From the NCBI GenBank assembly GCA_951406725.2, contig OX597814.1, positions 17,856,001 to 17,920,000 on the forward strand: a stretch of DNA of 64,000 nt. Reading direction: 5' to 3'. The DNA comes from Octopus vulgaris. Its lineage: Eukaryota. Below, in pieces: positions 1 through 13,676 of this stretch. Each line of letters starts with the position of its first letter. Positions within the stretch are counted from its first letter, which is position 1. The notes beneath the pieces are model-generated. The model had not been told where the DNA came from and did not search any database. It was given only the letters and a program-made list of their open reading frames with translations. The position numbers and the translations under genes were made by a program.

Positions 1-40
1 ACACGCACACACACACACGCACATACACACACACACACGA

Positions 41-385
41 CAAGTTTCTTTCAGATTCCATCTATCAAATCCACTCACAAGGCTTTGGTCGACCCGAGGC
101 TAAAGTAGACACACTTGTCGAAGGCGCTGCACAGTGAGACTGAACTCGGAACGATATGGGTGGGAACTCGTTGCGTTCTGAGTTCAAATTCCGCCGAGGT
201 CGACTTTGCCTTTCATCCTTTCGGGGTCGATAAATTAAGTACTAGTTACACACTGGGGTCGATGTAATCGACTTAATCCGTTTGTCTGTCCTTGTTTGTC
301 CCCTCTGTGTTTAGCCCCTTGTGGGCAATAAAGAATCAGATATGGGTGGGAAGGCAAACCTCCTACCACACAACTACGGCTGCAC
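41..385 (-). mobile_element. Diverged SINE family B head half, interrupted by a nested family C insertion
   Basis: Matches other family B copies (ccactcacaaggctttggtcg...actgaactcggaac...ctaccacaca); split at a duplicated GATATGGGTGGGAA. Confidence 0.8.
167..338 (+). mobile_element. 5'-truncated SINE family C nested in family B, with 14-bp TSD
   Basis: GATATGGGTGGGAA at 153-166 and 339-352. Body gagttcaaattccgccgaggtcgactttgcctttcatcctttcggggtcgataaattaagtac closely matches copies at 24453 and 57968. Confidence 0.9.
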
Positions 386-1380
386 CCATGTACATCTGTT
401 GTACACAATGTATTGAGTGCTTTCTCCCTTCGACTTACGAGTGAAAATTAACATGCTTACTAACATACATACACACACATACATGTGTGTGTGTGTGTGT
501 GCGAGCGCATAAGAGTGTACCTGTTTGAAAGAAAGGAGGAAACCAAGAGGTTTATATGTTTGTATGTCATCGGCCTCATTAATCTTCCAATGTTGTGATA
601 GGTGATTCAAGTCGGTCATATGCTAGTCTCTGGAGGACGTGAGTTCCATCTCTATCCTCCTGCATCCACACTTAGACACATATTTTTTAAACTGCTTTGT
701 ATATTTATATTTCCTTGTCTGTATATCTTATCCCTCTCTTCACCCTCTCTGTCACCCTCCCTTAGCACACCAATACTAAAGTGCATGTATGTATGAGTGT
801 ATATATATGAGCGTATTTGTGCGTGTCCTTCTGCCTTAATGCGTGTGTCTTTTTCCCCTTGAATGTGCGTGAGGTTGCGTGTGGTGACTAATTATCATAA
901 TCTTATGCTCAATATTTCTCATCAACATCTTCATAAACATCGACTTCGTCAACATTGTTGTTGCTGTCGTTGTTGTTGTCAGTCTTGTTAATACACCATG
1001 GAACAGGTCAGATGACACATTAATAAAACTGTAAAGCAGGTAAGTCATCGGCAGGGGTGGGTAGGGGGCGAATTTGGAATATATCTAGTATGGGTGTATT
1101 GGATTATCAGCGTAGTTCGGTCCAACCCTCCAGAATATATACTAGAATATATCTAATATGTGTGTATTATATGTTAACGAAAGACCTAAATTTCTAAGTA
1201 ACAGATATATATATATATATATATACTAATAACACTAATAATACTTGGATTATCAGCGTAGTTCGGTCCAACCCTCCAGAAGCTTGTATCGCAAGTTGGC
1301 ATCATTAATTGCCATAACAGAAGAGAATCTTTTATATGCATTTTCAAAACCTTTCCCGTAAACAAACTTAAAGGATATAT

Positions 1381-1682
1381 TCTTTTATTCTTTTATTATT
1401 TTACTTGTTTCAGTCTTTTGACTGCGAACGGCCATATTGGAGCATTGCCTTTAGTCGAACAAATCAACGTCAAGACTTATTCTTTGTAAGCTTAGTACTT
1501 ATTCTATCGGTATCTTTTGCCGAATTGCTAAGTTATGGGGACGTAAACATACCAATATCGGTTGTGAAGCGATGGTGAGAGGACAAAACACAGACACACA
1601 AATACATACATACATACATACATACATACATACATACATACATACATACATACATACATACATACATACATACATACATACA
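1381..1682 (-). mobile_element. SINE family B 3' half ending in a (TACA)n tract
   Basis: ttttacttgtttcagtc...ctattctatcggt-like...gacgtaaaca segment shared with full-length copies. Confidence 0.8.
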
Positions 1683-3105
1683 AAAAGGTCTCAGAACGTG
1701 TTTCCTTTTTATATTTCTACTGCATAATAAACAACGAAGAGAATGGGGTAAGATTTCAAATAGGAATGACAATGGACGTAAATAATGTCGTTCTCGCTGC
1801 TTCTTTCGCGCTAAAAGACAAAACATCACATGGTATAACGTCATCTTGTATTCTATCTTAATCAACTTTACGAAATCTGCGTACCCAAATTACTGGATGG
1901 CATGTGAAAACATGGCAGAGAATTAACAACAAAACTCTAAATATAACTTCATGCTATAATATATATATATATATACATAGAGAGAGAAAAAGAAACAGTG
2001 GAGAAGGGCAGAATGGGAGCGATAGGAGGGAGAAGAGACTTAAAGGCAGTGAGAAACGAGATCAACGATATCACAGTTTTAGCAGAAAGGAGTGATGACA
2101 CCATCCAGGAATTTAAGGCAAAATCTTTTTCTCTATAGAATTCCTAAATACTGACTTGCCTGTTTCGAGAGACATTTTTGATAAATAAATGTTTCCACTA
2201 CATGTATAGAGTACATTTTTTCCAGTTTGTTTTAAAATATGATTATGCAACAATTATAAACACAAACATACATACATACATACATACATACATACACATA
2301 TGTGTCTGTATATATATATATATATATATAAATATAACATACAGAAGTGAAAAGATGAGAGATAGGCAGACAGGAAGTTGGATATTCTATGATGTGAAAA
2401 TATCTGAAGGCAATGTTAGATAGGACAAAAGAAATTACAAGTGGTAGCTGGGTGCAAGAAATTATAAAAGGAAAAGTTTAGAAAATCAACAAACTACAAA
2501 AGCAAAAATGACAAGAGAAATAGTGAGGGGAGAGAGGGGTGGATATGTTTGTCTGCGTGTGTATATATATATATTTCATGGAAGAGAGTCTGCCTAGTGT
2601 GTGTGTATGTGTGTGTGAGAGAGAGAGAGGGAGAAATAAAGAGAGAGAGAGAGAGAAAGAAAGAGTTAAACAGTGTACGGTCAGAGATGATGTTACTGAT
2701 GCATACATTGGCTGCGAAAAACCACAGGAGTTTGAGCGTCGGACAGAATGCCTTGCGGTATTTGTTTCCATTCACTGTGCACGGAGTTCAAATCCTACCG
2801 AAGTGACCTTTTCCTTCCATCCTTTAAGAGCCGTTAAAAGAAATATCCCTACCCAATACGCAATGGATTTGTGGAACTGCAAGAAAGACGGACCAGGTGT
2901 CATGGTAGTCTTTGATTTTGATCCTTTACGTTTCTGAGTTCAAAACGTAAACTGTATCTCGGTTTCACACCACTATCTGGTAACTTGGATATCGTAACAG
3001 AGACCAATTGGGCCAAACCTGTAGTCTGAGTAACATCCCTCACAATATCCCGTAAAGGCTACTGACAGCAGCTTTCTTTCTTAACAAATAAATAAAAGAA
3101 AATAA

Positions 3106-3482
3106 TCTCTCTATATATAAACTGCAAAATGTCTGTCTGTGTTTGTGTGTGTGTATCCTTTATACAAATCCACAATTCTTCAGTTAGAGGGGTCGTACTG
3201 TCTATGGTCATTCAAAACCGTCCAAGGGTGGTCGTACATATCTTTACATTTCCCCAGTCACCCTGCAAAGCCATAAAATAAATCAATAAAAGTGACTCTT
3301 TTGTGAATTTTCTATCCAAAACCCAATCAAAATTCCCGAAACTTGATACGCTAATTGAATGCTAGCTAGCTGTATGTGATTGGTCGGAGATTTGGACAGT
3401 ACTCGCGTGTATGTGCGCATGCATGCAGCTGTATATGGATGCACTAGCACTATGACGCGGTGTTGCCGGGTCATAGTGCTAG
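3106..3482 (+). mobile_element. Non-autonomous Helitron-like element, 377 bp
   Basis: Starts A|TCTCTCTATATATAAA and ends CTAG|T with no TSD. Terminal hairpin ACTAGCACTATGAC (3443-3456) / GTCATAGTGCTAGT (3470-3483). Confidence 0.75.
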
Positions 3483-3638
3483 TAATTCTTTAATACGTCC
3501 CAAAATAAGGACGTTGAACGCTTTGTTATAAGGTACCTCAATGACACACTTCAGTTTCGTATAACTTGTTGATTCATCCTTTTTCGATTATTCTTGCTTT
3601 TTCGATTATTCCTTTTTCTTTTATGGCTATTGCAGTGA

Positions 3639-4022
3639 TGGAGGCGCAATGGCCCAGTGGTTAGGGCAGCGGACTCGCGGTCGTAGGATCGCGGTTTCGA
3701 TTCCCAGACCGGGCGTTGTGAGTGTTTATTGAGCGAAAACACCTAAAGTTCCACGAGGCTCCGGCAGGGGATGGTGGTGATCCCTGCTGTACTCTTTCAC
3801 CACAACTTTCTGTCACTCTTACTTCCTGTTTCTGTTGTACCTGTATTTCAAAGGGCCGGCCTTGTTACTCTCTGTGTCACGCTGAATATCCCCGAGAACT
3901 ACGTTAATGGTACACGTGTCTGTGGAGTGCTCAGCCACTTACACGTTAATTTCACGAGCAGGCTGTTCCGTTGATCGGATCAACCGAAACCCTCGTCGTC
4001 GTAACCGACGGAGTGCTTCCAC
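3639..4022 (+). mobile_element. Full-length tRNA-derived SINE family A with TSD
   Basis: Pol III A box TGGCCCAGTGG and B-box-like GGTTTCGATTCC; duplicated ATTGCAGTGAT at 3629-3639 and 4023-4033. Confidence 0.92.
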
Positions 4023-4921
4023 ATTGCAGTGATTCAGGTTCCTCGGAGCTGGCTACCTTCGCACATTCAACTCATTTATTTCTAATTCTTTCGTCCTCAG
4101 CCATATTATATCCACTAACCACTCACCGTGCGATGTACTGATCAGTAGTACACCCAGTCCCTACTTCGTAATGAATCAGTCTTCTGGAATTTTTCTCTCC
4201 CCTGTCCCTGCTCTTCTTGCAACCGTCGGTCATCTTATATCCACGAGGAACACTGACTGCATTCATCTCACATTTGTCGGAAGAGCCTGGGGAAGCCATA
4301 TATAGCCCGTTGCCCGTTGTAAAAGATTTGCGTGCGGGAGGGTAAGTAGGAGAAAGACAGAGTGAGAGGAGGGAAGAGGGGAGCAGGAATGAGAGGGAAG
4401 GAGAGAGAGAAAGAAAGAAAGAGAGAGAGAGAGTGAGAGAGTGAGAGATCTATAGTTTCAGTCAAAAATTTATTTGTGATTCGGTCAAAGAGCCAATCAT
4501 GTGATTCAAAATTCTTTATGAAATGACTTCAAGGGGAATTATGATTTGGTGGGTATTTCCTCTCACACACAAATAAATACATACTCACACACACACACAC
4601 ACACACACACATTTACGTATGTAATGGCGGATGCACTTACGACATGAAGCTTTGTTAAAAGTGGCTTTAAGAAGCCAAGAGTGTGACTCCTGCCATGAAG
4701 GAAGACATCGTTGGGGAGAAACAGATAAACACAGATCACTTAGAGAGACACTTTTAAAAGGAAAGATGTCTGAAAGCTAGAGGACGATTATGAAGTGTGC
4801 GTGTGTATGTATGAGAGCGCGTGTGTGTTTGTGTGTATTTGTGTGTATGTGTGTGCATGTGTGTGTGTTGGGATAGACAAAGAGAAAGACAAATCGGCAG
4901 AGAGAGAAGCACAAAAGAAAG

Positions 4922-5104
<183 letters not shown>

Positions 5105-5124
5105 TGTGTATATATATATATATG

Positions 5125-5180
<56 letters not shown>

Positions 5181-5251
5181 GGATTCTGAGAAGTGAAATG
5201 GAAGAAAAGAATATGAGAAAAAGGAAATATATAAAGCAAGAACTAGGAGAA

Positions 5252-5290
<39 letters not shown>

Positions 5291-6115
5291 GAGAAAAAGG
5301 AAAAAAAGAAAGAAAAAAGATAGACTAACAACAACAAATATATAAACATATAAATCAATGATGTTGAAAAAATATTTAAAAAAAAGTAGGTAAGCTACGA
5401 GAGAGAAAGAAAGGTTGGAAGAGATAGAAAAGACGTTACATTTAATTTCCGGTGTTTAATTAGGTTCTCGCTAGCTCCGTAACATTTTATAGTCCAGCCA
5501 GCTTCAGTTGTGGTCTACTGTAACCACACACAGATGCGCGCGCGCGTAGGCACGCAGGCAGGCAGGCACGCTGACGCGCACATATACGTATTAAAAAAGC
5601 ATGGGATGTAAAGAGAAACGAAAGCCAAAATGACAAAAAAGGGGAACGAAGAAGAGAAAAAGAGAAGGGAAGAAAAATCCTTGAGGAAAAAAAAGTAAAC
5701 TAGAAAAAAACCTACACACGTAGTGTGTCTCTGTGTGTATGTACACAGACACACTCATATACACACACACACACATATATATACACATACATACATATAA
5801 ACACATATATAAAATGGCGGTAGATATAAAAGAGGACATGGACGATACGAAAAACAAAAACAAAAGGAGGGAGAAAAATGTAACAAAAGAGGTTTTTATG
5901 TTTTTTTTTCTTTTTATTTAAAAAAAAAGAGGGAGATAAGGAACAACGAAATGAAAAAATAGGGAAACAAAATTGTATATAAAAGAACAAAAATGCGTAT
6001 AAGAGGTTTTTAAAAAGTGCAATCAGAAAAAAGTTCAGAAGCTAGATTAAAAACAAGGACTTGGAATGTAGCATATAATGGTGGTGTGTATATCTGTGTG
6101 TGCATATGTTTGAAC

Positions 6116-6186
<71 letters not shown>

Positions 6187-6469
6187 CACATACATGTATA
6201 ATTATATATATATATATATATGTATACATATATATGTATACATATATATATGCATACATAAACATATATATACATATACATATATACATATATATATATA
6301 TATTATATATATATATATATATACATATATATACATAGATGTATTCAAACATATTTATGTATGTATGTATGTATGTATGTGTGAATAAATATATATATAT
6401 ATATATACATGTATGTATGTATATATACATACACATATATATATATGCAAAAGCATATATGCACATATG

Positions 6470-6504
<35 letters not shown>

Positions 6505-6505
<1 letters not shown>

Positions 6506-6730
6506 TTAATCAAAAATAAAAGCAAATATATAAACAAAATTAACAAATGTCAAAACGATGTATACAGTAAATGAATTCGGTTGACGCTCAGTTTAAGATA
6601 GAAAAAGAGGGGGTGTGACGTTTCGGGTATGGCTCTTCGTCAGAAAGATGGAAGAAGAAAGGTCCGGAGAGGAGGAAAAGAACAGTCCGAGAAAAGTACG
6701 TGTGAGGTTATATGACTGAAGTGACCAGAT
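6505..6730 (-). mobile_element. Small microsatellite-flanked element with a hammerhead-like core at 6612-6648
   Basis: Reverse complement reads tcttt CTGACGA A GAGCCATACCC GAAA C GTC acacc; related to the elements at 60655 and 61355; stems partly decayed. Confidence 0.55.
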
Positions 6731-6759
6731 AGAGTCAGACAGGCGGATGGACGGACAGA

Positions 6760-7242
<483 letters not shown>

Positions 7243-7432
7243 CTAGTTAAAATCGAGGTGTATGAAAGTGAAACACAACACTTGATGGCCTGACAGTATA
7301 ACAGAAATCAACAGATGAACAATCTCTTGCATTTGTGAAGTGTTAATCAATAAAGAGAAGTTCACTGCTGTTTGATAATCCACAAATCGAAGAGTACCCG
7401 AATAGAGTAGCACTTTTAGCGTGGCGTAATAT

Positions 7433-7822
7433 TGGATTGGAAGCACTCCGTCGGTTACGACGATGAGGGTTCCGGTTGAGCCGAATCAACGGAACAGCCT
7501 GCTCGTGAAATTAACATGTAAGTGGCTGAGCACTCCACAGACACGTGCACCCTAAACGTAGTTCTCGGGGATATTCAGCGTGACACAGAGAGTGACAAGG
7601 CCGGCCCCTTGAAATACAGGTACAACAGAAACAGGAAGTAAGAGTGAGAGAAAGTTGTGGTGAAAGAGTACAGCAGGGATCACCACCATCCCCTGCTGGA
7701 GCCTCGTGGAGCTTTTATGTGTTTTCGCTCAATAAACACTCACAACGCCCGGTCTGGGAATCGAAACCGCGATCCTATGACCGCGAGTCCGCGGCCCTAA
7801 CCACTGGGCCATTGCGTCTCCA
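7433..7822 (-). mobile_element. Full-length SINE family A with 13-bp TSD
   Basis: Reverse complement of the 3639 copy; CGTGGCGTAATAT at 7420-7432 and 7823-7835. Confidence 0.92.
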
Positions 7823-7925
7823 CGTGGCGTAATATAATGATAATAATAATAATAAAACATGTATGGATCATATGGTCTTACTACTATGTTTCATTACAAG
7901 ATTCACCTGTGAGGTAACATGGTAC

Positions 7926-8131
7926 ATTGAATAATATAAAACGCGCCACACCCATAAGGTTATGCAGTACGTTGCAATAACCTCCCATGTCATCAGGCAA
8001 TCTCATGTGGGTCAAATTATTCGATATATTGTCAGGCTGGCAAGAAGTTTGTTTCCCAACCACAAGTTGTTGGGGGTCAATTTGTTCGACTAAGGGCATG
8101 GCCGCAGTCAAATGACTGAAACACGCTAGAG

Positions 8132-8184
<53 letters not shown>

Positions 8185-8847
8185 TAAATTAGCGATAAAA
8201 CCACTATTAGGCAAATCATACAATGAAAAACTTACGCCAATACATAAGATTATTTAATTTATATTATTTAAATATATAACAAAATTATTAAAAAATATAA
8301 CACTACGATCGTCTCATGGCTGCTCAATTCTTAAACTTTTCGAGTTACAGTCATTCATCAGGTGGTTTAAATATCTAAAATATAATCAATATTTTTAAGA
8401 TATAAATAATATATATATAATATAATAATTTTACTTATAATAAACTCTATTATCAAATATTCATTATATCCAAATCGACTATAATGTTAAATATTAATTT
8501 TAATAATATAATTGAATAATATAAAACGCGCCACAGCCATAACATTATGCAGTACGTTGCAATAACCTTCCATGTCATCAGGCAATCTCATGTGGGTCAA
8601 ATTATTCGATATATTGTCAGGCTGGCAAGAAGTTTGTTTCCCAACCACATGTTTGTGTCTATATTTGTCTCACCCATCCCGCCGTCGCTTGACAACCGAT
8701 GTTGCTGTGTTAACGCCCCCTTCAATTAGCGATTCGGCAAAAAGAAACCGATAGAATAGGTATTAGGCTTACAAAGAACAAGTTGCTGGGGGTCAATTTG
8801 TTCGACTAAGGGCATGGCCGCAGTCAAATGGCTGAAACACGTTAGAG

Positions 8848-8850
<3 letters not shown>
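7926..8850. repeat. Local duplication (copies start at 7926 and 8511); first copy lacks 131 bp
   Basis: attgaataatataaaacgcgccaca...gcagtcaaatg..tgaaacacg.tagagaat occurs twice; 8650-8780 is absent from the first copy. Confidence 0.9.
8301..8364 (-). ncRNA. Type I hammerhead-like motif with GAAA changed to GAGA, in a small AT-rich element next to (TA)n
   Basis: Reverse complement: CAC CTGATGA ATGACTG..CTCGA..TTGAG CAGCCAT GAGA CGATCG TA GTG. Stem I CAC/GTG, extended stem II, palindromic stem III ACGATCGT. Confidence 0.6.
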
Positions 8851-8916
<66 letters not shown>

Positions 8917-8997
8917 AAAATAAGCAACAAGGATATCCAGAGGTAATGCAGTACGATCGTTTCATGCGACCCCATTTAATTGAACAATGCAAACATT

Positions 8998-9128
8998 ACA
9001 AATCCACTCACAAGGCATCGCTCGGCCCGGGGCTATAGCAGAAGACACTAGCCCAAGATGCCATGCAGTGGGACTGAACCCGGAACCATGTGGCTGGTTA
9101 GCAAGCTACTTACCACACAGCCACTCCA
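8998..9128 (-). mobile_element. SINE family B head fragment
   Basis: caaatccactcacaaggc...gggactgaacccggaaccatgtgg...ctacttaccacacagccactcc. Confidence 0.85.
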
Positions 9129-9572
9129 CTCTATAGTCAATATTCGCTGAAAACTTATAGTTGTTTTTACGAAAATTTCGTTCGTCAATGATTCTTAACG
9201 TACGCAGTATACAGGCATTCACATACATAGTGAGATGTCTTGTAATGTTATGTTACTCTAATAGTAATATTCTTTCAAATTGTAGCTTTCTTGTGATTCT
9301 GTTGAAAGTGAATTTGTTCAGTGTACAACCTTCTAATCCGAAATTGCCTCTGCTGACATCTAAAATATCTAAATAAACTAAACATAAATAAATGAATAAA
9401 TGAAATACGATAAATTTGAAAAAACCAATATCGAGTGATTTTGCTCAACAGTTTTGTTTTTATTTATTTTTTTGTACTATTTACTGTTTCTTTTCGGCAA
9501 GCGTTTAGCATTTTCCCTCTCTATGCCTCTTTATGTAGTTTTATATTGTAGCTGTTCCTCTACTCGTCTCTC

Positions 9573-9629
<57 letters not shown>

Positions 9630-10381
9630 CTCTATCTCTCTCTCTCTCTCCCCTCTCTCTCTCTCTCTCTCTCATCTTGTAAGAATATTGTTTTATTCAA
9701 TCAATGAACCAATACCTCAATCAATGCATCGATATATCAATACATACGTGTTAATTTTAAAACCACAATCTTGGATCAAAATATTTGACGGATTTTGGTT
9801 AGTCTCATTCCGTACATACCTCTGTCCTAATATAACAAACTATATATTATAGATTTTAATATAGGTTTTCCTACACATCTACTTGTTGCAAACACCCTTT
9901 TACGCGGTTTTTGTAGAATCAAATACCTACAGTTTTAGACAGAAAAAAATTATTTCATATTTAAGTTTTGTATTATTTTTTTATCATTACCATTGCCATA
10001 CTATTGTTGCTTTCAAGACTTTGGAAATTTTTTCCTCTAGCATAGAAGAAGGAATGGCAAACTTTATCTTGTTGGGGGATTTTATCCTAGAACGTAAAGT
10101 CTGTTTCGTTACCACTATCACACCTTTATTGCATCCTCCCGTCTTTTGAGCCTACACTAACCACTAGCTTTTTTTTTCACCCAAGGACTTAAGGTGTCTA
10201 GAACCTCTCTGCCTATGTTTTTCCAAAGGCTTTTTGACTTGCAACACTTTACACCGAATTTTAACGATATCAGTTGTGGATTTCAGACGATCTTCAAACG
10301 TCAAGGGCGCCTCCTCTTCCTTCAGACCCAGAAAGCAAATGAACAAATCTCTCTCTCTCTCTCTCATTCTCTCAGTCTATA

Positions 10382-10458
<77 letters not shown>

Positions 10459-11035
10459 ACAAACATCTATAAACTTTGTCGAAAAACCAAGCTACCTACC
10501 ACATCAGTCTTTAGTCCCTTTTCATATAGGGTATACATCCGATATTATTGATCGTCGTCAGCTTATATCCATGTTTGTAGAACATCTTAGTTAAAAGATC
10601 TTGATCCTGGATTGCTTCTGTAATTTATATTTTCTTTTTTACTTTACATTAATTTCAGATTTTAGCCTCTGAGCTACAGATAGCTTTTTGCTTCTTGTTA
10701 TAATCCGATTTATTTACTCTTTCTGAGGGGAAACTTGACCGTGTGGGGATTTCGGTTCTAGCTTGTTTAGTATGTTTGTTTATTTATTACTGTGAAGTTT
10801 GCTTTTGTGTTTTCTTACCGTTTTCTTTTTCCTTTCCTTTCCTTTCGTTTCCTTGAAATCTTTAACCTTTCGTGTTTATGCTCAGTTTCCATTTTCGTTT
10901 GTTTGTATATTGTGTTTGCTTCTGAAATCTACGATTCTTCGATGCATTTCTTTGAACTTGTATGTGTATGGTGTCAGCGTCTTTGTTGTTGTTGCTCAAC
11001 ATTGTTTCTTATGTAAACATTTTCTCCGTCTCGTA

Positions 11036-11101
<66 letters not shown>

Positions 11102-12661
11102 TTTGCATATATACACACATACATACAAACATACATACATATCCATACATACACACATACATACATATCCATACATACACACATACATACATATCCATAC
11201 ATACACACATATATATATATACATATGTACATACATAAATATATATAACATTCATATATCCGTCTCGTACTACACACACACACTATTTGCATATATACAC
11301 ACATACATACATACACACATACATACGTATCCATACATACACACATACATACATATCCATACACACATACATATATATATATATATACATATGTACATAC
11401 ATAAATATATATAACATTCATATATATACATACATATATTTATATATACATACATAGTTAGAGTTTCATACTTTTCTTGGAGCAAAAGGACTAAGTTATT
11501 CAATGATTTAACACAAGATTCTTGCTATATTCCGTTTTCTATTTCGTCTTCGTTGTTGCTGTTGTTCCGCCGCTATTTTCCCACCATTCTTATACTACCA
11601 CTACCACCACCACCACAAACACCGCCACTCCCACCTCTTATTTTGCTGCTTTGATGTTTCCTATTCTTAGTTTTGTTCTTCTCCACTCAACTTTTTATCT
11701 TCCTTTGGCCGGATAAATACCGTAAGAGCTAAGCATTGAGGTCCTTTAAGCAAAGCGCTAAAGCATACAAACATTCATATTGTCATGTTCCCGTGGTAGA
11801 TACTATAAATAAATTGTGAGATCCAGTGCTTCCATTACGTGTCGAAATTGTGATGATTTTTGGTCGAAAAATGACGAGGAATTGAATAAGTCCGTGTCAA
11901 TTGTTTGTGTCTTTCACGTATTCTGTATGTTCCTTAGTTGACCCCTGTACCACATTGTATTGTTATAATATAATATATTTATCGCTACTGTTACAAGTAG
12001 ATTAGAGCAGGGTAGATTTGATCAAAAGCAGATACTTATCAAAATTGATTCAATAATCGTAGTGTATCAGTGTCCATATAGCTGAAGGTGACTTCTTTTT
12101 TTGAAAGCTATATTGTCTAAAGTAAGAAATGTTTGACAAATATTTCTTGCAGATCCAAAGGCCAGCTGAAGGTTTCCTTCGCTGTTTTGACGCAAATGAA
12201 ATGAAAGAGCTGATGGTCATAATTGAAATAGGATGCGTTATACGGATTACCGGAAACCCGACTCAGTGTTCATAATCATCGTAACTCTAGATAAATTTTT
12301 TTGAAATATTTTTCGCCATATGTCAGTTTATTACTGTGACTAAGCTCTAAGGCTTCATCTAAAAGAACACAAATAGCTAATGCTTGGTTGAAGAGAGAGT
12401 GAGGGAGTGAGAGATGGGGTGGTTATTGTACTGGAAAATTCTCTTTCTCTCCGAATTCATTGTCATCATCAATCCAGATGTCATGTTACGATTTGTTTCT
12501 CTAATAAATCTATGTCATCGCCTTTTCTATTATACTCCATTATTTCCATCCAATATGTCCAATGTGGGTTCACCGATGTTACGCATCTGGACATCTGTTG
12601 CTCTGTCTCTCTCTCTCACTCTCTCACCGACTATCTCACCCACTCATTCTCTCTTTATCCG

Positions 12662-12729
<68 letters not shown>

Positions 12730-13028
12730 GCTCTCTCTTTCTCTTACTTTCTCTCTCCGTATATAAAGGTATGTATAATTAATGTACATATTAAATAATA
12801 CATAATGAACACACACACACACATGATATGCAAGGTATATAGGTGTCTGTCTTGAAATCCATAGCTATTTACCAAACAATACAATAAAAGATACCACAAA
12901 TCTTATAAATTTTTTCATAATCCTAAATTCAAAGCCTCCTTAAGATAAAAAAAAAAAAAATAATAATATGTTACATAGATATAAAAAATGAATACATATA
13001 TGTGTGTGTGTTTGTGTGTGTGTAATAT

Positions 13029-13449
13029 ACTCTTTACTCTTTTACTCTTTTACTCGTTTCAGTCATTTGACTGTGGCCATGCTGGAGCACCGCCTTCTAG
13101 TCGAGCAAATCGACCCCGGGACTTATTCTTTTTGTAAGCCCAGTACTTATTCTATCGGTCTCTTTTGCCGAACCGCTAATTGACGGGGACGTAAACACAC
13201 CAACATCGGTTGTCAAGCAATGCTAGGGGGACAAACACAGGCACACAAACACACACACATATATATATATATATACGTATATACGACGGGCTTCTTTCAG
13301 TTTCCGTCTACCAAATCGACTCACAAGGCATTGGTCGGCCCGGGGCTATAGCAGGAGACATTTGCCCAAGATGCCACACAGTGGGACTGAACCCGGAACC
13401 ATGTGGTTGGTTAGCAAGCTACTTACCACACAGCCACTCCCGCGCCTAT
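13029..13449 (-). mobile_element. Full-length SINE family B (tRNA-like head, CORE-like segment, internal microsatellite, (GTAAAAGA)n tail)
   Basis: Minus strand begins ATAGGCGCGGGAGTGGCTGTGTGGTAAGT...GGTTCAGTCCC; more than 10 homologous copies in the window. The CORE-domain resemblance (CTTGGGCAA) is from recall. Confidence 0.92.
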
Positions 13450-13600
13450 GTATAATATGTATAATATTATGTAATATATACATATTATATATAGCATGTA
13501 TGTTTTATATAAATAGTATATATAGTATATATGATATTTATATAATATATATAACATTCTGTAACATACATTATATTTGTATGCGTGGAAGCGAAGAGAA

Positions 13601-13676
<76 letters not shown>

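Noticed and set aside
983-1045. Consensus donor CAG|GTAAGT at 1040 suggesting a small exon
   Set aside because: The 33-nt candidate has stops in all three frames, the 57-nt one stops in phase 1, the pyrimidine tract is weak, and there is no LIM similarity.
3639-3715. tRNA gene calls at SINE heads (also about 7750-7822, 23574 and 38970-39046)
   Set aside because: The A/B boxes belong to longer repeated elements with tails and TSDs; no complete cloverleaf was evident.
11025-11428. Tandem duplication of about 234 bp containing microsatellites
   Set aside because: Real but ordinary slippage-type duplication of low-complexity DNA.
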